From NCBI GenBank assembly GCA_964016885.1, contig OZ024740.1, positions 61,256,001 to 61,320,000 on the forward strand: a DNA stretch of 64,000 nucleotides. The letters run 5' to 3'. Shown in pieces: positions 15,298-27,036 of the stretch. The notes beneath the pieces are model-generated. The model ran no database searches and was not told the origin of the DNA. It worked only from the letters and a program-made list of their open reading frames with translations. Every line of letters begins with the position of its first letter. The stretch's first letter is position 1. The translations under genes and the position numbers were made by a program. Source of the DNA: Eledone cirrhosa. Lineage: Eukaryota.

Positions 15298-16371
15298 GTA
15301 CTGGAACTCTCATAATTCCTTACCTCAGGGGAAACTCTCATGGCATCCAACAACATCAGAGACTTGAAAGTAATTGTTGATAACAACACAAGCTGGGCCA
15401 CTCATTTATACAGCAAAGTTGACATGGCCCGTAGAATGTGTTCCTGGATTCTCAGAACTTTCCAGTCAGTAGATATCCTCACTATTATCCTTCTGTTCTC
15501 TACTTTTGCCCGACCCAGGGCCGTATTTAATGGGGCGCAAAAGGGTCGATAGCCCCGAGCCGCCTGCAGTGGGTTGGGGGCACCAGCGACGGCCGTAGCA
15601 ATTTGTTCGTGCCCTCAGCTGGGCTTTTTAGTTTTAGGATGGTTAGAAATTTGAATTTAATACCTGTATGTATAACTTTTTAATTCCAATTACTTGTGCC
15701 AAGCTAATTTTGATATGTAAATTGGCGGTTTTGCTGTGTATTCTAATTGTTTGTGTATGGGAGGCAACCCAAGGTCTAAATCAAACCCTGGCCCGACCAC
15801 ACCTTGAATACTGTTGTCCACTATGGTCTCCCCACACGAAATAAATTATGAAAACTGAAGCACCTCAAAGGTCAATTCACAAAAAAGATAGACGGCATGA
15901 CAGGCCTTAACTATTGGAGTTGATGAGAAAAGCTCAAACTCTGTTCTCTTCAACGCCGCCGTGAGCGCTACATTATTTGCATGATGTGGAAAATATTCCA
16001 ACAGCATTGCCCAAATGATGTTGGCATTATCTTTAAAGTACACCTAAGGCTTGAACCCTATGCTATTCGCCCACAACAGAAATCAAACTCGCATCTCATA
16101 ACATTACGGCACAATTATTTCACCTCAACTGGTTCCACTCTCTTTAACATTACACCAAAACACATTAAAACAGAAACAGACCCCATAAAATTCAAAGGGT
16201 CTTTGGACAAATTCCTCCACAAAATCCTCGATATGACTCCGTAAACAATAAATCGCTTTTTGAGTGGGCCATGGTGTCCGAATCCTGATTTGAAAGACTT
16301 AACCAGGTGGAGTTAATATGTTAGACATGACCTTAGTCAATACTGGCCGAAACCTAACAAAGTTATCAAAG

Positions 16372-16375
<4 letters not shown>
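15298..16375 (+). mobile_element. CR1-group LINE 3' fragment (degenerate)
   Basis: IRDLKVIVDNNTSWATH..ARP|HLEYCCPLWSP..SLQRRRERY C-terminal RT-region motifs with stops and frameshifts. Confidence 0.8.
15516..15790. mobile_element. hAT-type MITE inserted in the CR1 fragment
   Basis: Perfect 8-bp TSD GCCCGACC (15508-15515, 15791-15798); imperfect TIRs CAGGG...CCCTG. Confidence 0.85.
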
Positions 16376-16412
<37 letters not shown>

Positions 16413-16415
<3 letters not shown>

Positions 16416-17370
16416 ATATGAGTGGCTGAGTGCCTTCAGGTGCTCACAGCCCTCGACCAAGCGGAAACGGCAATCAGTGGAGAGTCCACTTCGACATTCT
16501 ATAGGGGATTAATGGAGGATAAGTGCAACGACGTTCTCGGGGAAACTCTAGGCATCGAGGAGAATGAACTGACCAGTCTCTTCGGGAGGACTTTCCGTCC
16601 AGGGCCTATGGATAACTTCCAGAGGTCTCTGGCCTGGCAGTGCTACCGAGGAGCTCTACCAGTTCGAGACAAAATCTACAGGCACGGACGCCCTGGCAGA
16701 GATCCTGCCAAAAGGAGCTGTCCAAGATGCGAGAAGGACATCGAAACCGTTCTGCACGCAATTGTTCAGTGACCGACATGTGGAATTATGTCGAACAGCT
16801 ACTGTCACGTGTGGGACGCATCCAGTTGTCAGCCGAGTCCATCGTGAGGATCACCCCGCCGCCTTCATTTAAGAATGAAGGAGAGGCGGTTTTCCTCTGT
16901 CTGGTGGCTATGGCGAAAGAGGTAATATGGTGGACGAGGTTAAAAGGACTGAGGGCAAACACCTTTCTCTCTGGACAACAACCCATCCCCTTCTTTAAGT
17001 ATCACTTCAGGAGGAAGGTGAGAGTGGAGAGAGAGATGCTACACCCCCAGTAAATTCGCTGAAAGATGGGTGAATGTGGCGAAAATGGCCCGAGTGAATG
17101 GGCCTTCTCTGTATATAAACCTGTAGGTTGAAGAAGATAAACAGAGGGAAGACGGGGACACCTACAAAACGTGTTCCTGGTGTTGAGGGTTGTTCTATCC
17201 ACGGGGTGTAAAATAACCCCGTAGTAATGTTCCCTACTAATGGGGATTTCGATTGTTTATTTTATATATAGTTCATTGTTATTTATCATTGTTAAAGATT
17301 TTATGTAAAACCCCCGCCGTCACGTCTTGTAATGTCCCATTTTTGTATTCCCATGTGGCAAATAAAGAAA
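16413..17370 (+). mobile_element. Tx1/L1-type LINE copy 1 (5'-truncated, frameshifted)
   Basis: Homologous to the ORF2 C-terminus of the copies downstream (LAWQCYRGALPVRDK, CPRC); ends AATAAAGAAA then (TATC)n. Confidence 0.9.
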
Positions 17371-17372
17371 GA

Positions 17373-17450
<78 letters not shown>

Positions 17451-17451
<1 letters not shown>

Positions 17452-20400
17452 ATCGTACCTAGATAGGGTTCTAGTTAGAAATAAGGATAGGGACATGTTA
17501 AGCTGTCCACAAATGTTCATGGTTGCCTATTCAGATCACAAACTAGTGACCTGCATGGCCAACCTTGATAGAACCCATAGACAAGGACCCGGCTACTGGA
17601 AGCTGAACTTGTCGTTACCGACAAGCAAAGCCTACAGTAGACGGATTAGCACTTTAGTTAAACAGCACTTGACAGGGGCCATTGTCAACAACAGATGGTG
17701 GTACTCTCTCAAGAGGGCAGTTAGATTAGACTCGATAGTTTTTAGTAAAGAATTAGCGTTAGATAGAAATAGAACCGAGAAGGAACTGGTAGATAAAGTA
17801 GAAGAGGCTATTAGAAGTGGCAACGTAGCCAGCGTGCTAGCAACGAGAACGGCCTTGGACCAGTTCTTCGACGCAAAGCACGAGGGCTGCGTTGTCAGAA
17901 GCAAAATACGTGCTCTGGGAAACGAGGGAGCCAAAGCTGTTAGCTGGGCCCGAGTGACGGAGGCAAAAAGTGGCAACAAGTCCACGATTCGGTCTTTGAA
18001 GGACCAAAACGGACGCGTGATACGTGAGCCGAAGCAGATGTGTGCGGCTTTTCAGCGGCACTTTGCTCGGCTCTTCGGGGGGAGCGGCGCGCCGGGAGAG
18101 GCTATGGATTTCGGTCCATACCTCGACGGCCTACCGCGACTCTCGGACAGCGAGGCGAAGTTCTGCGAAAAGCCGATTTCAGCCACTGAGATAGGGGACG
18201 CGCTGAGCCAATGCGGCAAACGCAAATCTCCAGGTCTCGACGGTCTACCCTACGAATTTTACGTAGCAATGCCGGACTTATTCTCCGGTCTCCTGGAAGC
18301 GGTCTACTGCAACTGGCAACAGAACGGGAGAATTCCCAATTCTGTAACCGGGGGCGTGGTCACACTAATCAGGAAGGACGAGAATAAGGGGGATGACATA
18401 GGCAACTTCCGGCCCATAACTCTGCTAAACACAGAGTTACAGATTTTGGCCAAGGTGTTGGCAAAGAGGCTGGCGCTTGTCGTCGAGAACCTGGTGGGAG
18501 AAGCGCAGACATGCGCGATCCCGACCAGGTCCATACACGACAACCTCCACCTCATGCGATACATCATAGAGAGGGTAGGGTGTAAACCCGGCTTCGGTGG
18601 GGCCCTGATCAACTTGGATCAGTCTAAGGCTTTCGATAGGGTTGACCATCGTTACCTGGATGCGGTGCTCGAGGCGGCAGGCTTCGGACCCGTGTTCAGG
18701 GGCTGGATTGCTGCAATGCACAACAGCAACATCTGCTCAAGGGTCAAGGTGAACGGTTACCTCTCGGAGCCGTTCCATATTACGCGATCCATTCGACAGG
18801 GATGCCCTCTCTCCTCCCTTCTGTACGTACTGACTCTCGAGCCACTACTGCGGAAGCTGGAGCTATTGCAGGGCATCCCTCTGGAACCGGGACTGCGGAA
18901 AGCGGCGTCGGCCTACGCCGACGACGTGACAGTAATGGTGTCGAGCGCCTCGCAAATCGAGGAAGTCGGCACCTTACTAAAGGAATACGAAAGTCTCACA
19001 GGAGCGAAGCTGAACCGGGACAAGTCCATCGGTTTGCAACTCGGATCGTGGAGAGGCAGACCGATGCCTTCCGATGGCGTCGTCGGACGCTGGACGGAAG
19101 GACCGGTAAAGCTGCTCGGGGTCTGGTTTGGTCCGGACCTCCAGGTGGAGAAGAACTGGAACGAAGTGACGGCCAAGGTGTTTGCACTCACCCAGAAGTG
19201 GGCCGAGTGCAAACTATCCTTGAAAGGTCGAGCGGAGGTGGCGAACACTTTTATAGCGTCCGCCATCTACTACCGCTTGACCGTCGTGCCTTGTCCAGCC
19301 AAAACGCTCGCCAAAATGGAGCGCGCCCTCTTCCGATTCCTTTGGAAGAGGCGGGCTCCTTTGGTAAGAAGATCCATCTGCTGCCAACACCCTTCTAACG
19401 GAGGGCTGGGGATGCCGTGGTTGACGATGCGCAAACACGCGCTCAGGCTGCGGCATCTCTACGTATTCCTCACCGGACAACCGGTGTGGGCCCCGTTCGT
19501 GAGGCGAGCCTTCCCACGACTCGTCTCGCTGACCGAGCTGCAGTCCTGGGTCAAGCAGAGACCGAGGAAAATGGGCGACTGGCACATCGAATGTGCTCAG
19601 GCGCTCACAGCCCTCTGGCAGGCGGACCCGGCGATCAGTGGAGACTCCACTTCGTCATTCTATAGAGGGTTGGTCCGCAGCAAGTGCGACGACGCGCTCG
19701 GTGAAACTCTAGGCGTGGAGGAAGATGAACTGGCCAGTCTGTTCGGTAGGACCTTCCGCCCGGGACCGATGGACAACTTCCAAAAGTCCCTGGCCTGGCA
19801 GTGCTACCGAGGAGCTCTACCAGTTCGAGACAAGCTCTACAGACATGGGCGCCCGGGCAGGGACCCTGCAAAAAAGATCTGTCCGAGGTGCGTGCGAGAC
19901 GAAGAAACCGTCGCGCACGCATTCATACACTGCCCGGGCGTCACTGACCTGTGGGGCTATGTGGAACGACTATTGTCGCGGGTGGGACCAATCCAGTTGA
20001 CCACCGAGTCCATTGTCATGATCAAACCGCCACCCTCCTTCAAAAACGAAGGAGAGGCGGTTTTCCTTTGTGTGATAGCTATGGCGAAAGAGGTTGTATG
20101 GTGGACAAGGTTGAAAGGGCTGAGGTCAGACACCTTTCTCTCCGGCCAACAACTGATTCTTTTTTTCAAATACCACTTTGGAAGAAGAATCAGGATGGAG
20201 AGAGAGGTGCTGTACCCCAGCAAGTTTTATGAAAGGTGGGTGAAAGTGGCGAGAATGGCCCGAGTGAATGGGCCTTCTCTCTATATCAGCCTGTAGGTTG
20301 AGGAAAAGGAGGAGGAGAGGAAAGGAGTACAAGCTCTTCGTACTCCTGGAGATGAGGGTTGCACATTTTTTTCGGGGGTCTGTGTTACCCATATAAACTG

Positions 20401-20533
20401 TCTCCCTCTATTGGGGAAAATCGACTAACTTTTAAATTCCATCTGTGATAACATTTTACACGTTTTTATTGTATGTAAACTTCCCCCTTTGTATTTGTCC
20501 CCTTCTTTTGTGCCCCTGTGGCTAATAAAGAAA
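17451..20533 (+). mobile_element. Tx1/L1-type LINE copy 2 (5'-truncated within endonuclease)
   Basis: Begins at SYLDRVLV directly after (TATC)n and ends AATAAAGAAA-(ATCT)n. Confidence 0.92.
17495..20296 (+). CDS. Tx1-type ORF2 (APE C-terminal remnant, RT, C-terminal zinc-binding domain), open 933 aa
   Basis: SDHK, GPGYWKLN, KSPGLDGLP, NFRPITLLN, LDQSKAFDRVDH, RQGCPLS, AYADD, CPRC..ETVAHAFIHC. Confidence 0.9.
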   Translation: MLSCPQMFMVAYSDHKLVTCMANLDRTHRQGPGYWKLNLSLPTSKAYSRRISTLVKQHLTGAIVNNRWWYSLKRAVRLDSIVFSKELALDRNRTEKELVDKVEEAIRSGNVASVLATRTALDQFFDAKHEGCVVRSKIRALGNEGAKAVSWARVTEAKSGNKSTIRSLKDQNGRVIREPKQMCAAFQRHFARLFGGSGAPGEAMDFGPYLDGLPRLSDSEAKFCEKPISATEIGDALSQCGKRKSPGLDGLPYEFYVAMPDLFSGLLEAVYCNWQQNGRIPNSVTGGVVTLIRKDENKGDDIGNFRPITLLNTELQILAKVLAKRLALVVENLVGEAQTCAIPTRSIHDNLHLMRYIIERVGCKPGFGGALINLDQSKAFDRVDHRYLDAVLEAAGFGPVFRGWIAAMHNSNICSRVKVNGYLSEPFHITRSIRQGCPLSSLLYVLTLEPLLRKLELLQGIPLEPGLRKAASAYADDVTVMVSSASQIEEVGTLLKEYESLTGAKLNRDKSIGLQLGSWRGRPMPSDGVVGRWTEGPVKLLGVWFGPDLQVEKNWNEVTAKVFALTQKWAECKLSLKGRAEVANTFIASAIYYRLTVVPCPAKTLAKMERALFRFLWKRRAPLVRRSICCQHPSNGGLGMPWLTMRKHALRLRHLYVFLTGQPVWAPFVRRAFPRLVSLTELQSWVKQRPRKMGDWHIECAQALTALWQADPAISGDSTSSFYRGLVRSKCDDALGETLGVEEDELASLFGRTFRPGPMDNFQKSLAWQCYRGALPVRDKLYRHGRPGRDPAKKICPRCVRDEETVAHAFIHCPGVTDLWGYVERLLSRVGPIQLTTESIVMIKPPPSFKNEGEAVFLCVIAMAKEVVWWTRLKGLRSDTFLSGQQLILFFKYHFGRRIRMEREVLYPSKFYERWVKVARMARVNGPSLYISL

Positions 20534-20563
20534 TATATCTATCTATCTATCTATCTATCTATC

Positions 20564-21285
20564 TTGGCCTGGCAGTGCTACCGAGGGGCTCTACCCGTTC
20601 GAGAGAGGCTCTACAGACACGGGCGCCCGGGCAGGGATCCCTCAAAAAAGATTTGCCCTAGATGCGTGCGTCACGAAGAAACCGTTGCGCACGCATTGGT
20701 GCAATGTCCGGGCGTGGCTGATCTGTGGGGCTACGCCGAACAACTGCTGTCGCGGGTGGCGCCGATTAAATTGACCGCCGAGTCCGTGATGACAATCAAA
20801 CCGCCTCCCCTCTTCACAAAGGAAGCAAAGGCGGTTTTTCTGTGCGTAATAGCCATGTTGAAAGAGGTTGTTTGGTGGACACGATTGAAAGGTCTGAGGT
20901 CAGGCAACTTCCTCTCTGGCCATAGTCTGGTCTACTTCTTCCGATATCACTTCGGAAGAAGGATAAGAATGGAGAGAGAGGTGCTTGGCCACAGGCAGTT
21001 TTATGAAAGGTGGGTGATAGTGGCGAGAATGGCTCGTGTAAATGGGCCTTCTCTGTATACCATCCTGTAGGTAAAGAAGTAAAGGAGAGGGGAGCACCTT
21101 CTCCATGTGCTCCCCGGGCAAAGGATTGCACACTTTTTCGGGGGTGTGTGCAACCCCCATCACGTCCCCTCCCTTTTGAGGTTATTTTCGATTATTTTCA
21201 TGTTACACCCTTTTTACTCGATTATATGTAAACTCCCCCTTTGTATTTGTCCCTTCTTTTTATGCCTTTATGGTAAATAAAGAAA
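20564..21285 (+). mobile_element. Tx1/L1-type LINE copy 3 (3' 720 bp)
   Basis: Nearly identical to 24877-25598 (about 4 differences seen by eye); flanked by ATCT repeats. Confidence 0.92.
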
Positions 21286-21526
21286 TCTATCTATAAAATC
21301 CAGCTGTCGTCTGTTCTACAGTGTCGATGTCATTCACTTCGCACAGAAGTTTTGTTCAAATTTATTGAGGAAATTTTGTGAGTTCAAACTTAATTTTGAT
21401 ACAATTGTGTAGCTTGACCCTCCGTCTGAACTGTCAGGCGGTGGGTCAGCTCATCTTTACCCCTCCTAGAGGTGAAAAACCTGTTTTAAAAAATTTTGTG
21501 TAAAAAATTTCAATCGTCTAACAGAA

Positions 21527-22549
21527 ATGTTAAACGCAGCGAACGAAAATAGTGGTGGGAGGACAGCTGTAAGAGTTGTAAGCTCGCACGCTTTAGTCCC
21601 CCCCCTTCCTTCCCCAACTAACGTCATAGAGAAGGAAGGAAAAATTAAAATAAAAACAGACGAATCTGCGGAGAAAAAATTAAATGACGAAAACACAAAT
21701 CTGGACTTGGATTCCAACAACGAAAAAAAGAAATTTGAAAAATTGCATGACAATACTAATAACACAAACAAAGACACAACAAACACAAAAATAACAGTTG
21801 AAAATAACACCATATCAGAAAACAAAGCAGACGACAAGATTTCATTTGCACAGAAAACAAAGAAATCTTTGACTTATATAGCGGAAAACATTTCAGATGT
21901 GGTACGAAGGATCACGGACGCCAAACAATACATAAGTGAAGGAGAGAATGGTATTTTATCCGTAAAAATGCCTCAAGAATTCACGAAAGACATTGAAAGC
22001 CGAACGGTCAAGTTTCGGACCATCAACAACAGTACAAAAAAACCTGAACAGCCTTCTCAAGCAGATATCAAAACAGTACTCACAGAAGTACTTAATGAAA
22101 CCACTTTCATAAGAAAAGACAGACTGTATGGAAGCCTAGCAATTATCATGAAGAACGAATCGGCGGCAAAAAAATGTGCTTTGTCACCGATTCGTTCGAA
22201 AAATTTCACCTTTTATCCATCTTATATGGTGCTAGACGTTGGCAGTAGTGAAAATGCGGCCTTGAGACTGGTCGCCGTCTACTCCCCTTTCGGAGCTGAA
22301 CGGCCCGACTTCTTCCAGCGTTTGGAGACTTTTCTGGGAACGTCGCGTTCCCTGCTTCTAGCGGGGGATTGGAATGACATCCTGGATGCACGTTGGGACT
22401 ATGCAGGAGCATGTCCTAATAGAGGGGGGTGTAACAGCCTCAAGGGGTTACTCGACTGTTTTAACTTGGTCGATAGATATCGACTAGATTTTCCAACTGT
22501 GCCTACCTGGACTTGGAGAAACCACATGGTCAATCTAGATCGTACTTAG
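21527..22549 (+). pseudogene. ORF1 N-terminus fused in frame to partial apurinic-like endonuclease
   Basis: Low-complexity N/K/T region and SFAQKTK ORF1-like segment switch near 22228 to APE motifs LRLVAVYSP, LAGDWN, PTWTW; a base-composition shift falls at the same point. Confidence 0.7.
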
Positions 22550-25383
22550 ATAGATTCTTAGTTAGAAGTAAGGATAGGGACATATTAAGCTGTCCAGAAA
22601 TGCGCACGGTTGGCTACACGGATCACAAATTAGTGACCTGCGTGGTCAATCTCGAGAAAACACATAGACAGGGTCCCGGTTACTGGAAACTTAATTTGTC
22701 CTTACCAGCAAAAGAGACTTACAGAAACCGGATTAGCAGATTAGTTAAGGAGAGGTTGACGGGTGCAATCGTCAACAACCGATGGTGGGCATCTCTCAAA
22801 AGAGAGATTAGAACAGAATCAATAAGTTATAGCAAGATGTTAGCTGCCGATAGGAATAGAAACGAGAAAGAATTAACAGGTAAATTAGAAGAGGCAATCA
22901 AGAGCGAAGATGTGGCCAGAGTGCTGGCATCGAGGACGGCCTTGAACCAGTTTTTCGATGCAAAGCACGAAGGCTGCGTCATTCGAAGTAAAATACGTGC
23001 TCTAAGTAATGAGGGGGCCAAAGCCGTTGGATGGGCCCGCGTGACAGAAGCTAAGAGTGGAAATCGATCCACCATCCGGTCGTTGCAAGACGAAGATGGA
23101 CGGGTGATCCGGGAGCCTAAGCAGATGTGCGAGGCCTTTCAAAGGCACTTTGCCCGATTGTTCGGGGGAGGCGAGGGTCCGGGCGGGGGCGTGGATTTCG
23201 GTCCATACCTCGACGGCCTGCCGCGTCTCTCGAGCGAAGAGGCAGAGTCCTGCGAGGGACCAATCTCGGCTGATGAGATCGGAGATGCGCTGAGCCAATG
23301 CAGCAGACGCAAATCTCCAGGTCTCGATGGTATACCTTACGAACTTTATTTAGCAATGCCGGTCTTCTTCTCCGAACTCCTCGAAGCGGTCTACTGCAAT
23401 TGGCAGCAGAACGGGAGAATTCCTTGTTCTGTAGCCAAGGGCGTAGTCACGCTGGTGAGGAAGGACGAGAACAAGGGGGATAGTATAAATAATTTTCGGC
23501 CCATAACGCTGCTAAACACAGAGTTAAAGATTTTGGCCAAGGTGTTAGCAAAGAGGTTGGCGCTTGTCGTGGGTGGCCTGGTGGGAGATGCGCAGACATG
23601 TGCTATCCCATCCAGGTCCATTCACGATAACCTCCACCTCATGCGATACATCATAGAGAGGGTTGGCAACAAACCCGGCTTCGGTGGAGCCCTGATCAAC
23701 TTGGATCAGTCTAAGGCCTTCGATAGGGTCGACCATGGTTACCTGGATGCGGTGCTAGCGGCGGCTGGGTTCGGTCCTGTTTTCAGAGGCTGGATCACTG
23801 CCCTACATAGCAACCACATCTGTTCTAGGATCAAGGTGAACGGCTACCTTTCGAAGCCGTTCGAAATCACACGATCCATTCGACAGGGGTGCCCTCTCTC
23901 CTCCCTTCTGTACGTATTGACTCTCGAGCCTTTACTGAGGAAGTTGGAGTTGTTGCAGGGTATCCCCCTGGAACCAGGATTGAGCAAAGCGGTGTCGGCC
24001 TACGCCGATGACGTAACAGTAATGGTATCAACCGACTCGGAGATCGAGGCGATCGGTACCTTACTGGAGGAGTACGAAAGGTTGTCAGGAGCGAAACTGA
24101 ACCGGGAAAAATCCATCGGGCTGCAACTCGGAACGTGGAGAGGCAGACCGATGCCTCCTGACGGTGTCGTCGGACACTGGACGGAGGGCCCGGTAAAGTT
24201 GCTTGGGGTCTGGTTTGGACCGGACCTCCAGGTGGAAAAGAACTGGAACGAGGTTACGAACAAGGTGTTTGCACTAACCCAGAAATGGGCCAAGTGTAAG
24301 CTGTCCCTAAAAGGCCGGGCGGAGGTGGCGAACATTTACATAGCGTCCGTCACTTACTACCGCCTAACTGTCGTGCCTTGCCCTAAGGAAACACTCACCA
24401 CCATGGAACGCATGCTCTTCCAATTTCTTTGGAAGAAGCGTCCTCCTATGGTGAGAAGATCCATCTGCTGCCAACAACCTTCGAAAGGAGGGCTGGGGAT
24501 GCCGTGGTTGATGATGCGTAGGCACGCATTAAGGCTACGGCACCTACAGGTATTCCTCACTGGTCAACCGGTGTGGGCTCCGTTCGTGAAACGAGCCTTT
24601 CCGAGACTCGTCTCGCTCACCGAGCTACAGTCCTGGGTCAAGCAAAGATCCGGAAAACTGGGAGACTGTCACACTGAGTGTGCTCAGGCGCTCAGGGCTC
24701 TCTGGCAAGCGGGCCAGGCCATCGGTGGAGAATCCACCTCATCATTCTATAGAGGGCTGGTGGCTAGCAGGGGCGATGACACCCTTGGAGAGTCGCTGGA
24801 CATGGAAGAAGACGAACTGGCCAGCCTGTTCGGTAGGACTTTCGGCCCAGGACCAATGGACAACTTCCAGAAGTCACTGGCCTGGCAGTGCTACCGGGGG
24901 GCTCTACCCGTTCGAGAGAGGCTCTACAGACACGGGCGCCCGGGCAGGGATCCCTCAAAAAAGATTTGCCCTAGATGCGTGCGTCACGAAGAAACCGTTG
25001 CGCACGCATTGGTGCAATGTCCGGGCGTGGCTGATCTGTGGGGCTACGCCGAACAACTGCTGTCGCGGGTGGCGCCGATTAAATTGACCGCCGAGTCCGT
25101 GATGACAATCAAACCGCCTCCCCTCTTCACAAAGGAAGCAAAGGCGGTTTTTCTGTGCGTAATAGCCATGTTGAAAGAGGTTGTTTGGTGGACACGATTG
25201 AAAGGTCTGAGGTCAGGCAACTTCCTCTCTGGCCATAGTCTGGTCTACTTCTTCCGATATCACTTCGGAAGAAGGATAAGAATGGAGAGAGAGGTGCTTG
25301 GCCACAGGCAGTTTTATGAAAGGTGGGTGATAGTGGCGAGAATGGCTCGTGTAAATGGGCCTTCTCTGTATACCATCCTGTAG
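22513..25383 (+). CDS. Tx1-type ORF2 remainder (APE C-terminus, RT, zinc-binding domain), open 956 aa
   Basis: SYLDRFLV, TDHK, KSPGLDGIP, LDQSKAFDRVDH, RQGCPLS, AYADD, CPRC; out of frame with the upstream APE part. Confidence 0.88.
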   Translation: MEKPHGQSRSYLDRFLVRSKDRDILSCPEMRTVGYTDHKLVTCVVNLEKTHRQGPGYWKLNLSLPAKETYRNRISRLVKERLTGAIVNNRWWASLKREIRTESISYSKMLAADRNRNEKELTGKLEEAIKSEDVARVLASRTALNQFFDAKHEGCVIRSKIRALSNEGAKAVGWARVTEAKSGNRSTIRSLQDEDGRVIREPKQMCEAFQRHFARLFGGGEGPGGGVDFGPYLDGLPRLSSEEAESCEGPISADEIGDALSQCSRRKSPGLDGIPYELYLAMPVFFSELLEAVYCNWQQNGRIPCSVAKGVVTLVRKDENKGDSINNFRPITLLNTELKILAKVLAKRLALVVGGLVGDAQTCAIPSRSIHDNLHLMRYIIERVGNKPGFGGALINLDQSKAFDRVDHGYLDAVLAAAGFGPVFRGWITALHSNHICSRIKVNGYLSKPFEITRSIRQGCPLSSLLYVLTLEPLLRKLELLQGIPLEPGLSKAVSAYADDVTVMVSTDSEIEAIGTLLEEYERLSGAKLNREKSIGLQLGTWRGRPMPPDGVVGHWTEGPVKLLGVWFGPDLQVEKNWNEVTNKVFALTQKWAKCKLSLKGRAEVANIYIASVTYYRLTVVPCPKETLTTMERMLFQFLWKKRPPMVRRSICCQQPSKGGLGMPWLMMRRHALRLRHLQVFLTGQPVWAPFVKRAFPRLVSLTELQSWVKQRSGKLGDCHTECAQALRALWQAGQAIGGESTSSFYRGLVASRGDDTLGESLDMEEDELASLFGRTFGPGPMDNFQKSLAWQCYRGALPVRERLYRHGRPGRDPSKKICPRCVRHEETVAHALVQCPGVADLWGYAEQLLSRVAPIKLTAESVMTIKPPPLFTKEAKAVFLCVIAMLKEVVWWTRLKGLRSGNFLSGHSLVYFFRYHFGRRIRMEREVLGHRQFYERWVIVARMARVNGPSLYTIL

Positions 25384-25649
25384 GTAAAGAAGTAAAGGAG
25401 AGGGGAGCACCTTCTCCATGTGCTCCCCGGGCAAAGGATTGCACACTTTTTTGGGGGTGTGTGCAACCCCCATCACGTCCCCTCCCTTTTGGGGTTATTT
25501 TCGATTATTTTCATGTTACACCCTTTTTACTCGATTATATGTAAACTCCCTCTTTGTATTTGTCCCTTCTTTTTATGCCTTTATGGTAAATAAAGAAATC
25601 TATCTATCTATCTATATATCTATATATCTATCTATCTATCTATCAATCA

Positions 25650-25898
<249 letters not shown>

Positions 25899-26671
25899 CG
25901 CATTTAGTTTGTCCACAAAAAAAATAAACATTTGGATTTCATTTTTCATAATATTTCTTCTTGATCAGATCCACCAGACACCATTAAAAACGTTTTAACC
26001 CTTTAACATTTACATTACTCTATATATACTATTGTATTTTCGCAGTATAGACTTTACCTCACATAATTATCTCACATAATATCGAATCTATGAGATTTTG
26101 ATATTATTTATTTTGAGAACAATACCTTAAATGAGGGGCCAGTTATAGCCGGTTTGAACAGAAAGAGGTGAAAAATCTGGCCGGATACAACAAACTCAAT
26201 TAGACAAAGATTTTTCTTAAATGATCCCCGCCAGAAACAAATTCAAAATGGCTAAGAATTGTCACATGGCCAGTGGTCAAGTCCAATTGAGTTTGTTTCC
26301 TGATGATTTCGAAATTCGTGAATTTATCTATGATCGGATATTTCCAAAAAGCGAATGATACCTCATGGGTAGAAACATAATTTTCGTATGTTTATGTACA
26401 TTTTTTCTTCTAACTTTGATTTTGTACCTAATTGTGTATGGTTGGCTATATGTCTAGTCAGTTTCTACGGGCTATTAGAAATACTAGGTAAATCTTCTGT
26501 GGCTGTTGATCGCGGATAAAATAGCTATCATTTATTTATCTATTGTTTCTTCATAGATACATTTTAAACTTATAGCCTCGTTTAATTGATTTTTTGTGTG
26601 GTTAATTATACTGATTGGGAGGAGAAATACTGTATATATTTTATCAAATAATTCTATGGACTTACTTTCTT

Positions 26672-26794
26672 ATATATTGCTCTGATTGTTGATTATTTAA
26701 TTAATTAATTCGTCATTGAGCCATACCGTGAATGGCTGCCAAAAACACACACATATATATATCTATGGTTCTGTCTAGTTTATGTATATGTAAA

Positions 26795-26836
<42 letters not shown>

Positions 26837-27036
26837 TTTACATATACATAAACTAGACAGAACCATAGATATATATATGTGTGTGTTTATATATATATAT
26901 AGGTTTACATATACATAAACTAGACAGAACCATAGATATATATATGTGTGTGTTTTTGGCAGCCATTCACGGTATGGCTCAATGACGAATTAATTAATTA
27001 AATAATCAACAATCAGAGCAATATATAAGAAAGTAA
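26672..27036. repeat. Inverted repeat with (TA)n centre and internal duplication
   Basis: About 26662-26800 is mirrored at about 26897-27036, with an extra partial arm at 26833-26888; adjacent to a decayed Penelope-like stretch reaching about 27680. Confidence 0.75.

Larger units (their letters stand above)
21295..25598 (+). mobile_element. Tx1/L1-type LINE copy 4, 5'-complete but internally deleted
   Basis: 5' UTR, ORF1 N-terminus fused to mid-APE, then ORF2; ends AATAAAGAAA-(TCTA)n. Confidence 0.9.

Noticed and set aside
22505-22550. Programmed ribosomal frameshift between ORFs 21527-22549 and 22513-25383
   Set aside because: The shift falls inside the APE domain, no slippery heptamer is evident, and a 1-bp deletion explains it
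17632-25544. Numerous antisense and alternate-frame ORFs inside the Tx1 elements
   Set aside because: Shadow ORFs of GC-rich RT coding sequence with no independent motifs
26285-26335. CTGATGA-TTTC-GAAA-TTCGTGAA-TT hammerhead-like string
   Set aside because: No stem II and no convincing stem I pairing
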